In this document: in pieces, positions 30,430-39,244 of the stretch
Numbering within the stretch: position 1 is the stretch's first letter
How the letters are laid out: every line of letters starts with the position of its first letter
Made by a program: the position numbers and the translations under genes
Assembly (NCBI GenBank): GCA_028708805.1
Contig: JAQVYC010000003.1
Span: 1 to 56,369 of the forward strand
Direction: 5' to 3'
Length of the DNA stretch: 56,369 nucleotides
Origin: Clostridia bacterium
GTDB lineage: Bacteria; Bacillota; Clostridia; Christensenellales; UBA1242
The notes under the pieces: model-generated
Seen by the model: only the letters and a program-made list of their open reading frames with translations
What the model was told of the DNA's origin: nothing
The model's database searches: none

Positions 30430-31350
30430 ATGAAAAAAATATTTTTATCAATTTTAGTTTGTATGCTTTGTTTCACAACTGCTTGTGGTTGCTCAACTAA
30501 TGAATATTGGTCGGAAACAAAATTAGAGGTTTCTGAGTTTTTAAATTCATTTGAATATGAAGATTTAATTAATGGAAATCTTTCTTATAGTTCAAGTATA
30601 GATAGTAAAATCAATTCTTCTGACCAAGAATATAATGTTTTAAATGCGTATTCAAATATTTTATCATCCTGTTTTGTTACCGCAAAGAATTTTATTTATG
30701 CTTTTGAATATACCCCTGTGAATATAAAGGCGGCGGGACAATATTATAATGCTTTAACTCAAAATATAAATCAATTTAAATTACACGCAACAATTTTTTT
30801 AAATGCAAAAAACGATTATGTGCAAGCAGTTTATCAAACTGACTTAAACAATGCAATTGCATTAAGTAAATTAAAGGTTTATAAAAAAGAATTTTATAAT
30901 TTTATTTTAACAGCTAATGAATTTAATAAAACTTTTTCACAAGCACTTATAAGAGTTTATGGAAACTTTACAGAAATATCAGAAGATGTCTCAAATTCTG
31001 CTAAGGCGGTGGCAACTTCTTTTAGCGAATTAACAGACTTGTATATAACATATGCCCTTAAAGAATATGGCGGGATTCATTCAGCGTATACATTCTTTTA
31101 TTATGATTTAATTAACTTAAAAAACAATATAAATTCGGCATATCTTAATAATTCAGCTTTTAATAATTGGTTAACATTTTATGAAACATTTCAGGTTGAA
31201 AAAAACACATTCTTACATTCACTTAATCAAATTGACTTAACCGCCCTTAATATTACAAATTTAACATCAATAGTTTATTTAGGAAAGGTTAATAGATTTG
31301 TTGACACTAATGCTTCGCTTTTTATAAATAAAACTCTTTCATTGTTATAA
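30430..31350 (+). CDS. putative lipoprotein, unknown function
   Basis: 306-aa ORF whose signal peptide ends in the lipobox FTTAC. No domain recognised. Confidence 0.55.
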   Translation: MKKIFLSILVCMLCFTTACGCSTNEYWSETKLEVSEFLNSFEYEDLINGNLSYSSSIDSKINSSDQEYNVLNAYSNILSSCFVTAKNFIYAFEYTPVNIKAAGQYYNALTQNINQFKLHATIFLNAKNDYVQAVYQTDLNNAIALSKLKVYKKEFYNFILTANEFNKTFSQALIRVYGNFTEISEDVSNSAKAVATSFSELTDLYITYALKEYGGIHSAYTFFYYDLINLKNNINSAYLNNSAFNNWLTFYETFQVEKNTFLHSLNQIDLTALNITNLTSIVYLGKVNRFVDTNASLFINKTLSLL

Positions 31351-31403
31351 AGCCACATTTAAATTAATTTTTTAAACAAAGAATTGAATTTGTTTAATTT
31401 AAA

Positions 31404-31431
31404 AATCCAGCTGTTAATAATCAGCTGGATT
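31404..31431. terminator. bidirectional intrinsic terminator
   Basis: Perfect 10-bp stem AATCCAGCTG/CAGCTGGATT with an 8-nt loop and A/T runs on both sides, between convergent genes. Confidence 0.7.
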
Positions 31432-31459
31432 AATTTATTATTTAAATAATAAAATAAGT

Positions 31460-32155
31460 TTATTTTTCTCTAATGGTCGTTTTTTTGCCTCTAAAAAAAC
31501 TATATAAAATCAGAAAAATAAAAACGCATACAATCATTAATGTTATAGAAATAATTGTTCGTGTGCTTACACCGTCTGAAGTTATGTTTGAAGTTGAAAT
31601 ATAATAGGTTACAACTTCATCATTGTGTAAAAAACTTATTTTACAATATTGCTTATCAATATCATAACCGTTTAAAACTTTAACTCGGGTTTCTTTAAAT
31701 AAAACAATATCTGAAACTTCTGCATAGCCTTCTAAACTATAAACTTTACTTTCGTGAGTTACAATAGCATTTGTGTCTAAATAAATTTTGGGTGATTTTA
31801 TATTTATATCTAAAACATATGCTATTAATATGTATCCAATATTATCATCGAAGCTTATTTTATAAAAATTATTTTCAATTACTTGAACTAGAAAAATTTC
31901 ACCGTATTGTGCTTCATATAAAACACTCGAATTAATATCTGCTTCGGCATATACATTTGCCTTGTTTGTTATAACTTTAATTTGCTCTGGCTCATTGTTT
32001 TGTGTGCCAAAAACAATACTGTTAAAACAATCACTAGTTGCGTAAATATTTAATGGCTTTGTTGTAATTTGTAATATGTTAAAGCAAGTTAATAATATAA
32101 ATATTATAAAAAACAAAAACCCAAAATTAATTTTTAAAATTTTAATCATTTTCAT
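31460..32155 (-). CDS. membrane protein with two SH3b-like repeats
   Basis: 231-aa ORF with N-terminal and C-terminal TM helices. It has two segments with an SH3b-like pattern (ANVYAEADINSSVLYEAQYGEIFLV...NFYKISF...GYI). Confidence 0.45.
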   Translation of the reverse strand: MKMIKILKINFGFLFFIIFILLTCFNILQITTKPLNIYATSDCFNSIVFGTQNNEPEQIKVITNKANVYAEADINSSVLYEAQYGEIFLVQVIENNFYKISFDDNIGYILIAYVLDINIKSPKIYLDTNAIVTHESKVYSLEGYAEVSDIVLFKETRVKVLNGYDIDKQYCKISFLHNDEVVTYYISTSNITSDGVSTRTIISITLMIVCVFIFLILYSFFRGKKTTIREK

Positions 32156-32226
32156 ATTTCCATTTTAACAAATATATTTAAATTGTCAATTTTAGATATT
32201 GTTTTTAAGAAGTAAAGTTTTATCTT

Positions 32227-33318
32227 TTAAATATTTTCATGGCGAACTGTACCATTTTCAACTTTGAAATAATGTAAATTTTTATCTTTTGGAAAGTCTG
32301 TGCCTGTAATAAATGTTTGTGCCTTCACACAAAATTTTAATAATTTTTCCCGCCTTTTAGAATCTAGTTCACTCATAACATCATCTAATAATAAAATTGG
32401 CATATCTAAGGTTTCCTGATACATTATTTCAAGTTCGGCAAGTTTTAAAGATAATGCAACCGTTCTTTGTTGTCCCTGCGAGCCATATAACCGAATATCA
32501 ATATTGTTCACAATTATTTTTATATCATCTCTGTGTGGACCTATTGTTGTAAAACCTAGTTTGAAATCTTTTTCGAAATTCTTTTCTAATTCTTTGCTAA
32601 ATTTATTTTTAATATCTTCTAAGTCTGATTCTTTAAGACCTGTATATTCTAATTTTAATTCTTCTTTTTCAGAAGTTAAATATTTATGAACCTTTATTGC
32701 ATAAGGAGAAAGATTTTTAATAAACTCTTGCCTATATTTAATTATTTTACTTCCCGTGTCTATAAGTTGAGCATTCCAAATTTCAATTGTTTCTTTTATA
32801 TCTTTTTTATCGGCTAGCGTTTTTAAAAGTTTGTTCCTGTTTAATAAAACTTTTTCGTATCTACTAATTAAATAAAAATATTGTTTCGAAATTTGTGAAA
32901 TATGAATATCCATAAATCTCCGACGGTCTTCCGGTCGTTCTTTTATTAATTTTAATTCATCGGGCGAGAAATAAATAGCATTGAACTCTCCCATAAGTTC
33001 ACTAATTTTTTTAATTGAAATCTTATTAATATTTATTGTTTTTTTTGTATTTTTTGAAAAATACACAGAAATTTTGGATTTTTTGTACTTTTTTTTGATT
33101 TCTAGGTTGATTTTCGCAAAATCTTCACCAAATTTAATTACTTCTTTTTCTCTGCTTGCTCTTAAACTTTTACCTATACTGCAAAAAAAAATAGCTTCTA
33201 AAAGATTGGTTTTGCCTTCTGCATTTTTCCCTTGTATAATATTTATACCATCAAAAAAGTTTATATCTAACAATGAATAATTTCTATAATTTTGAAGTTG
33301 TATTTTATTTATTTTCAT
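32227..33318 (-). CDS. recF: DNA replication and repair protein RecF
   Basis: Walker A GKNAEGKTNLLEAI, ABC signature GSQGQQRT and Walker B ILLLDDVMSELD. Confidence 0.92.
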   Translation of the reverse strand: MKINKIQLQNYRNYSLLDINFFDGINIIQGKNAEGKTNLLEAIFFCSIGKSLRASREKEVIKFGEDFAKINLEIKKKYKKSKISVYFSKNTKKTININKISIKKISELMGEFNAIYFSPDELKLIKERPEDRRRFMDIHISQISKQYFYLISRYEKVLLNRNKLLKTLADKKDIKETIEIWNAQLIDTGSKIIKYRQEFIKNLSPYAIKVHKYLTSEKEELKLEYTGLKESDLEDIKNKFSKELEKNFEKDFKLGFTTIGPHRDDIKIIVNNIDIRLYGSQGQQRTVALSLKLAELEIMYQETLDMPILLLDDVMSELDSKRREKLLKFCVKAQTFITGTDFPKDKNLHYFKVENGTVRHENI

Positions 33319-33583
33319 TACACTCTACTTTTTTAAGTTGGTTTTTATTTTTAATATTTGTTTTTTATTTAATAATTTAATTTTAGCAAAATTTAATATT
33401 TTTGTAAACAAAAATCAAATTTATGTTATTTTGTATTTTATTTAAATTTAATTTTATTTATTTTATTTTTATTATAAATTTATTTTTTTAATAAAATATT
33501 AAAAATCTTTAAATAAGGCACTGCGAAAATTATCACATTAACTCATCAATCTTTATGACATTTTATTTTTAAGTCTGTAATTA

Positions 33584-33612
33584 TTGAATTTAAAAATAAG
33601 TTATGTTATAAT
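33584..33612 (+). promoter_or_regulatory. candidate sigma-A promoter for dnaA (extended -10)
   Basis: TTGAAT, a 17-nt spacer, then TATAAT preceded by TGT. It lies ~70 nt upstream of the dnaA ATG. Confidence 0.5.
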
Positions 33613-33683
33613 AATTTTATTATGGTATACCAGTTTTGTATTACACTTAAAATTTAATTGGTTATTATTAAAAGGGATTATAA

Positions 33684-35039
33684 ATGCAAGAATTAAATTC
33701 ACATTGGGCTAAGGTTTTATCTAAATTAGAACTAAAAGTAAGCACTGTTTCTTTTGAGCTATGGATAAAAACAATTGAACCTATTGGTTATAAAGACAAT
33801 AAAACATTAATTTTAGTTGCTTCTTCTAAGACAGCTAAAAATCAACTTATAAAAAACCATTCTGAGCAATTAAAAGAAACAATCGCTCAGGTATTTGGAG
33901 ATGGAATTGATTTTCAAATTTTAGATGAGAATGAAAAAGATGAATATTTGAAAAATAACCCTTCCTTAGAATCAACCGATATAAATAATAAAGAAGACCG
34001 ACCCGTTTTTAATAATAAATATACCTTTGAAAACTTTGTTGTTGGAAAAAGCAATCAATTTGTTTATGCAGCTGCAAGAGCTGTGAGTGAAAACCCAGGC
34101 AAAAGGTTTAATCCGCTTTTTATTTATGGTGGTGTAGGACTTGGAAAAACTCATTTGCTTCATGCTATTGGAAATTATATATCTCAATTTTTTCCTAAAC
34201 TAAAAATCAAATATGTAACTTGTGAAAAATTTACAAACGATTACATAGAATCAATTCTTTCTAAACGCGAAGAAAGTAAGGTTGAGTTTAGAGAACTTTA
34301 CAGAAATTTAGATGTGTTAATGGTAGATGATATTCAATTTTTGAGTAAAAAAGATTCAACCCAAGAAGAATTTTTTCATACCTTTAATGATTTATATCAA
34401 AACAATAAACAAATAATCTTATCTTCTGACCGTCCTCCAAAAGAAATTGCAACACTTGCCAAGCGATTAGAATCTCGTTTTGCTTGTGGTTTAATTCAAG
34501 ACATTCAAACTCCTGATTTTGAAACAAGAATTGCAATTTTAAGAAAAAAGGCACAGCAAGAACGATATTTTATTGATGATGAAGTTATAGAATTTATTGC
34601 TGAAAAAATAGATACTAATATTCGTGAGATGGAAGGTTTTCTTTCAAAAGTACATTTTTTTGCCACTCTATTAGGTAAAAAAACGGTAGGTATTGAAGAG
34701 GCCCGTGAAGCTTTTAAAGAGCAGTTAGATAACACAAGAGAAAATATAACAATTGATTTAATTATGGACAAGGTTTGTGATTATTTTGATATTAGTAAAG
34801 CTGATATAGTTGGAAAAAAGCGAAGCAAAGAAATTGTTGAGCCTAGAATGATTGCAATTTATCTTGTTAGTGAACTTATGGATGTGCCTTTAATTTCAAT
34901 TGGTAAGCATTTTGGCGGGCGCGACCATACCACAATAATTCATGCAAGAGATAAAATTACTGATCAAGTTAAATTTAAACAAACCACAAAAAATATTATA
35001 TCCGAATTAAAATCAATAATTACCAATCAAACAAATTAA
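33684..35039 (+). CDS. dnaA: chromosomal replication initiator protein DnaA
   Basis: AAA+ Walker A GGVGLGKTHLLHAIGN, Walker B LMVDDIQF, and the C-terminal DNA-binding block GKHFGGRDHTTIIHARDKI. Confidence 0.97.
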   Translation: MQELNSHWAKVLSKLELKVSTVSFELWIKTIEPIGYKDNKTLILVASSKTAKNQLIKNHSEQLKETIAQVFGDGIDFQILDENEKDEYLKNNPSLESTDINNKEDRPVFNNKYTFENFVVGKSNQFVYAAARAVSENPGKRFNPLFIYGGVGLGKTHLLHAIGNYISQFFPKLKIKYVTCEKFTNDYIESILSKREESKVEFRELYRNLDVLMVDDIQFLSKKDSTQEEFFHTFNDLYQNNKQIILSSDRPPKEIATLAKRLESRFACGLIQDIQTPDFETRIAILRKKAQQERYFIDDEVIEFIAEKIDTNIREMEGFLSKVHFFATLLGKKTVGIEEAREAFKEQLDNTRENITIDLIMDKVCDYFDISKADIVGKKRSKEIVEPRMIAIYLVSELMDVPLISIGKHFGGRDHTTIIHARDKITDQVKFKQTTKNIISELKSIITNQTN

Positions 35040-35214
35040 TTTTTGATTTACTAAAAATAGAAAAGTATTTATTGTTTTTCTGATTTTTATTTACCAGAAA
35101 AACTATATGATAAAATACGATTTCTTGTTTTTTGTTTTTTATATAAAGTATTGTTTTTTTTAAATAATTCAACCTTCTAAGTATCAATATTTTTCTATTC
35201 ACTTTAACCATAAC

Positions 35215-35261
35215 TGTGGAAATGTTTATAATAAATTTTATTTACTCACAAGTTATCCACT
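35215..35261. promoter_or_regulatory. DnaA-box cluster in dnaA-dnaN spacer
   Basis: TGTGGAAA + TGTTTATAA (a mutated copy of the 25-kb doublet), TTACTCACA (2 mismatches) and TTATCCACT (1 mismatch to TTATCCACA). Confidence 0.6.
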
Positions 35262-35358
35262 TTTTTCAACACTACATATTGACCGTAAAATTTTTAATGT
35301 TACGAGATTTATGTTATAATATAAAAATAAAAATACTATATATGGTAACCCTAAAAAA

Positions 35359-35367
35359 GTATCCACT
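35359..35367. promoter_or_regulatory. DnaA-box-like site next to AT-rich tract
   Basis: GTATCCACT (2 mismatches to consensus). It is followed 11 nt later by GACTACTAATAC and then pure A/T sequence. Confidence 0.35.
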
Positions 35368-35390
35368 TTTAAACACAGACTACTAATACG

Positions 35391-35440
35391 GTTATTATTA
35401 AATAATAATAAATATAATATATATATTAGTGCTGTCGTTC
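35391..35440. other. candidate DNA unwinding element
   Basis: GTTATTATTAAATAATAATAAATATAATATATATATTAGTG is a nearly G/C-free stretch immediately downstream of the box-like site. Confidence 0.35.
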
Positions 35441-35835
35441 ATTGAATTTTTTTAATATTTTGTTAGGCTTAATTTTAAAATCTATTAAATAAAACTTTTT
35501 AAAAACATTTTTCATTATTTTATAAACTTAAAAATAAATCAAATTAAAAAAAATCCATAAAATTCTAAAATTCATAAATAGAAAATATTTTTTGTTTACA
35601 CTGTTTGCTCCTTTGCTGTTATATTTTAAATTATTAAAGCAAATAAAAAAACAAATCTGAAAAGAAAAATTTGTATAAATTTGACTATTTCAAAAAAATA
35701 TATTATTATATCTTAATGATAAATTATATAAGAGATTTTAAAATTTATTTAAGCGCGTTTAATTTTAAAATTTTCTTTTAAAGTTTTAAAAATATTTTTC
35801 TATTAAAAATAAAATCAAAATTTAAGGAGAGAAAA

Positions 35836-36951
35836 ATGCAAGTTGTATGTGAAGGTTTAGATTTATGCGATGCTGTTATCACGGTGTCCCGTGCTATTGG
35901 AGCAAGAACAACGAACCCTATTTTAGAAGGAATAAAAATTGTTGCCGATGAAGATGTTTTAACTTTAAGTGCAACCGACTTAGAATTATCTATTGAAAAG
36001 AAAATTAAAGCAGAAGTAAAAGTTGAAGGTGAAGTTGTTGTTCCTGGTAAGTTTTTCAGTGAGCTTGTTAAAAAACTCACTAACGAAAAAATTGAATTAA
36101 AACTTAATGAAAACAATCTTATGAAAATTAAATATACAGATAGTGAAACAGTTCTTCAATGTTTTCCTGTATACGAATTTCCTAGTTTTCAAAAATTAGA
36201 TAGCACAGATTTTTTTGGAGTGAGTAAAAAGAATTTCAAAAACTTAATATCTAAAACAACTTTCTCTGTTGCTCTTGATGATGCTCGACCTATCTTGAAA
36301 GGTTGTTTATTAGAAATTGAAGATGGTAAAGTTAAAGCTGTTTCGTTAGATGGTTATAGGCTTGCTTTATCTGTTCAAAAAATAAAAGAAAGTAATCTTT
36401 CAGTATCAGTTGTAGTTCCTGCTAAAAGTTTAAATGAAATTTCTAAGCTTCTAGATGATGAAGATGAAATTATTAATATATACTTACAAAGAAATTTTAT
36501 GATGGTTGACTTAAATGATTGCATAATAACAACTCGATTACTTGAAGGGGACTTTATTAATTATAAGCAAATCATAGGCAATGAATTTGATACAAAAATT
36601 ACTGTTAATAAAAAACAACTTGAAGATGCTTTAGAAAGAGCTTCCTTGCTATCCAAAATAGGTCAAAACAATTTTGTGCAGTTTGATTTAAGAGATAAAT
36701 TATTAAGCATTACTTCTAGAAGTGAAATAGGAAACGCAAGAGAAAATTTAAACATTGTGTTTGGCGGTAAGGAATTAGTGATTGCTTTTAATGCAAGATA
36801 TTTTATGGATGCGTTAAAAGTTATTCAAGATGAGTTTATAAACATAAAATTTAACTCTGCACAAAATCCGTGTGTCATAACACCATTTGAAGGCGAAGAA
36901 GAAAGATATCTGTTTTTGATTTTACCGCTAAGACCAATGGGGGCAATGTAA
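35836..36951 (+). CDS. dnaN: DNA polymerase III subunit beta (sliding clamp)
   Basis: 371-aa ORF with SD aaggaga and a three-domain clamp-length protein. Blocks recalled from DnaN: PILEGIKI...LTLSATDLELSI and FNARYFMDALK. It is in the conserved position after dnaA. Confidence 0.95.
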   Translation: MQVVCEGLDLCDAVITVSRAIGARTTNPILEGIKIVADEDVLTLSATDLELSIEKKIKAEVKVEGEVVVPGKFFSELVKKLTNEKIELKLNENNLMKIKYTDSETVLQCFPVYEFPSFQKLDSTDFFGVSKKNFKNLISKTTFSVALDDARPILKGCLLEIEDGKVKAVSLDGYRLALSVQKIKESNLSVSVVVPAKSLNEISKLLDDEDEIINIYLQRNFMMVDLNDCIITTRLLEGDFINYKQIIGNEFDTKITVNKKQLEDALERASLLSKIGQNNFVQFDLRDKLLSITSRSEIGNARENLNIVFGGKELVIAFNARYFMDALKVIQDEFINIKFNSAQNPCVITPFEGEEERYLFLILPLRPMGAM

Positions 36952-36977
36952 ATTTCAACTAATAAAAAATAATATTT

Positions 36978-37055
36978 AATCCTTTCTTTTCTTGTGCTTA
37001 TATGTTAGTCAGTTTTAAAAAGTTGTTTAACTTTTTTAAAGAGAGGATTTTTTTA
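36978..37055 (+). terminator. composite hairpin/terminator after dnaN
   Basis: Outer arms AATCCTTTCTTT / AAAGAGAGGATT (1 mismatch) enclose an inner AAAAGTT/AACTTTT hairpin, followed by a T-run. Confidence 0.35.
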
Positions 37056-37107
37056 TATTTATATAAATCTTTTCTTAAAAAGAAAATTCGACAGTTTTAA
37101 AATGTTC

Positions 37108-37136
37108 TTGACTTTAAATAGTTTATAATTTATAAT
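37108..37136 (+). promoter_or_regulatory. candidate sigma-A promoter for rpmH operon
   Basis: TTGACT, a 17-nt spacer, then TATAAT, ~30 nt upstream of the rpmH start. Confidence 0.55.
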
Positions 37137-37167
37137 TGCACAGTTAATATTTAAATCAGGAGGCATT

Positions 37168-37299
37168 ATGAAAAGGACTTACCAGCCAAAGAAACGACAA
37201 AAAAACAAAGTTCACGGATTTAGAAAAAGAATGAAAACACAATCCGGAAGAAATGTTTTAAAAAGGCGAAGAAACCGAGGAAGAAAAGAATTGATATAG
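37168..37299 (+). CDS. rpmH: 50S ribosomal protein L34
   Basis: Not on the ORF track because it is only 43 aa: [45 protein letters not shown] aggagg lies 5 nt upstream of the ATG. It is in the canonical position before rnpA. Confidence 0.92.
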   Translation: MKRTYQPKKRQKNKVHGFRKRMKTQSGRNVLKRRRNRGRKELI

Positions 37300-37421
37300 T
37301 TGTAAAATTTTTATTAAAATTTTATATTTTTTTTTAAAAAAGATTGAAGTTTAATAATTATATTTACAGTATTAAAATTTTAAATTTAAAAAAATTATAA
37401 AAGCGTAAATTAAGGTGAAGT

Positions 37422-37757
37422 ATGATTAAAAAAGAACACCGCTTAACTAAAAAGAGGCATTATCAATTTATTTACAGAAAAGGAAAAGCGGAACATTCAA
37501 AATTTTTAACTTTGGTTTATGCTAGAACAAAAATTCAGCCATTTAAAGTAGGTTTTTCAATTTCTAAAAAGATTGGGAAAAGTGTTGTTAGAAACAAAGT
37601 GAAAAGGCGAATGCGAGAAAGTTTTAATATTTTAGAAAATATATTTAATATTAATTATAATTATGTGTTTGTTGCAAAAAAAGGAATTGAAAATCTTAAT
37701 TTCTGGGAAATAAAAACAGATATGGAAAGACTGATAAAAAGAATTAATAATAAATAA
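37422..37757 (+). CDS. rnpA: ribonuclease P protein component
   Basis: 111-aa basic protein with the RNR-type block SVVRNKVKRRMRE, positioned after rpmH. Confidence 0.88.
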   Translation: MIKKEHRLTKKRHYQFIYRKGKAEHSKFLTLVYARTKIQPFKVGFSISKKIGKSVVRNKVKRRMRESFNILENIFNINYNYVFVAKKGIENLNFWEIKTDMERLIKRINNK

Positions 37758-37884
37758 AAAATTATTAAAAAAAGACACTAAATAATATCAAGTTAAGTAA
37801 AAATTATTTTAATTAAATAAATTAAAATATAAAAACAATTATAAAAGAACTAATTAAGGGAAATAAAAATAATAGGAATAATTA

Positions 37885-38151
37885 ATGATTAAAATAATTA
37901 CATTGCCATTAAATTATGTTTGTATAGGATTAGTTTGGCTTTATAAAATTTTAATCTCACCCCTATTACCTAGGGTTTGCCCATATACACCAACATGCTC
38001 AAAGTATATGATTAACGCAATAAAAGAATTTGGTTTTGCAAAAGGGATAGTATTAGGCTCAGGCAGATTATTAAGATGCTCTCCAAAACATAAAGGATGT
38101 TACGACCCAATCCCGCTTAATTTAAAAGGAGATTTGAAGTGGATTTTATAA
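37885..38151 (+). CDS. yidD: membrane protein insertion efficiency factor YidD
   Basis: LYKILISPLLPRVCPYTPTCSKYMINAIKEFG...RLLRCSPKHKGCYDPIP is the conserved YidD cysteine pattern. Confidence 0.88.
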   Translation: MIKIITLPLNYVCIGLVWLYKILISPLLPRVCPYTPTCSKYMINAIKEFGFAKGIVLGSGRLLRCSPKHKGCYDPIPLNLKGDLKWIL

Positions 38152-39209
38152 ATTTACTTGTTATAGCGCCAACAGGTTTTTGGCAGACACTTATAGAGTT
38201 TTTTAATACATTTATTCTAGATTATGCTTGGGCAATTATTGTTTTAACAATTTGTATTAAAATTGTATTAACTCCACTAGACTTTTTGAATAAAAAAGTT
38301 TCAAGAGATAATATGAAGATGCAAACAGAGCTTGCTCCGCAACTTCAAAAACTACAAAAACAATATGCAAACGATAAAATGAAATTAAATCAAAAATCAC
38401 AAGAGTTATATAAAACTAGTGGATATAATTTAACAGGCTCTTGTATTACAATGTTGATAAATTTTGCTTTAACATTGATTATTTTTATAACTTTGTTTGC
38501 AGCACTTCACGCAGGTTCTAGTTATAAAATAGAACAACAGTATTTACTTTTAAGACAAGAATATGAAATAGTATATACCGAATCAACAAATAACGGCGAT
38601 GAAGAAGCCGTAGCAACACAAACCGCACAAGATGCAGTGTTAGAATTATACGACAATACAAAAAATAATTTCTTATGGGTGCAAAATATTTGGGTTGCAG
38701 ATAATTTCTGGACAAGTGCAATTTTACCGTTTGATAGTTATATTACATCAGTTGGTAATAATATAAAACTAGATATTGATAGCGAAAATGTTGAATATAG
38801 CAAATTAACAGATGAAGAAAAACTTGCCTTTGAAGCAGAATATAATAAGGTAATGCAAATTTTAATTCAAGATAGAGGCGGTGTTAATGGTTATTTAATA
38901 ACAGCGGTTGTAGCAATACTAACCTGCTTCTTATCACAATATTTAATGCAAAGAAGAACATCATCAAAGAATTCAAACAGTCAACCAGCAACAACTCAAC
39001 AAACAAACAAAATTCTAATTATTGTTTTACCTATAGTTATGGGTGTCTTTACATTATTTTATAATGCTATTTTCGGTCTTTACATTATATCTAGTCAAAT
39101 TGTTTCACTTGCAACTTTTCCAATTATAGATAAACTTTTAGATAAATACTATATAAAGAAAGACAAAGAGAAACAGCAAAAAATCAAAATGGATTATAGT
39201 CGAAAATAA
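38139..39209 (+). CDS. yidC: membrane protein insertase YidC
   Basis: GTG start overlapping the yidD end. YidC/Oxa1 core: IKIVLTPLDFLNKKVSRDNMKMQTELAPQLQKLQKQY...ELYKTSGYNLTGSC, plus C-terminal TM helices and a basic tail. Confidence 0.88.
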   Translation: MDFINLLVIAPTGFWQTLIEFFNTFILDYAWAIIVLTICIKIVLTPLDFLNKKVSRDNMKMQTELAPQLQKLQKQYANDKMKLNQKSQELYKTSGYNLTGSCITMLINFALTLIIFITLFAALHAGSSYKIEQQYLLLRQEYEIVYTESTNNGDEEAVATQTAQDAVLELYDNTKNNFLWVQNIWVADNFWTSAILPFDSYITSVGNNIKLDIDSENVEYSKLTDEEKLAFEAEYNKVMQILIQDRGGVNGYLITAVVAILTCFLSQYLMQRRTSSKNSNSQPATTQQTNKILIIVLPIVMGVFTLFYNAIFGLYIISSQIVSLATFPIIDKLLDKYYIKKDKEKQQKIKMDYSRK

Positions 39210-39244
39210 ATGTATTTACAAACTAAAATTTTAAGGAGAAATAT

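Larger units (their letters stand above)
35040..35835. other. candidate oriC (dnaA-dnaN spacer)
   Basis: An unusually long (~800 bp), very AT-rich spacer carrying DnaA-box-like sequences at 35215-35261 and 35359-35367, followed by near-pure A/T tracts. Confidence 0.6.

Noticed and set aside
31349-31363. The 15-mer AAAGCCACATTTAAA is shared with 43697-43711. The 13-mer GCGAAATGTCAAT is shared between 48752-48764 and 52254-52266.
   Set aside because: Single short exact matches of this length are expected by chance in 56 kb of AT-rich DNA. The second pair is explained by both being TTGACA -35 promoter contexts on the minus strand.
35778-36116. A 112-aa minus-strand ORF overlaps the dnaN start. 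Similar antisense ORFs lie inside the DUF1538 gene (44544..44975, 44626..44853, 45045..45248, 45735..45938, 45935..46192 and 46240..46686).
   Set aside because: They overlap well-supported genes on the opposite strand, are low-complexity, and lack translation signals.
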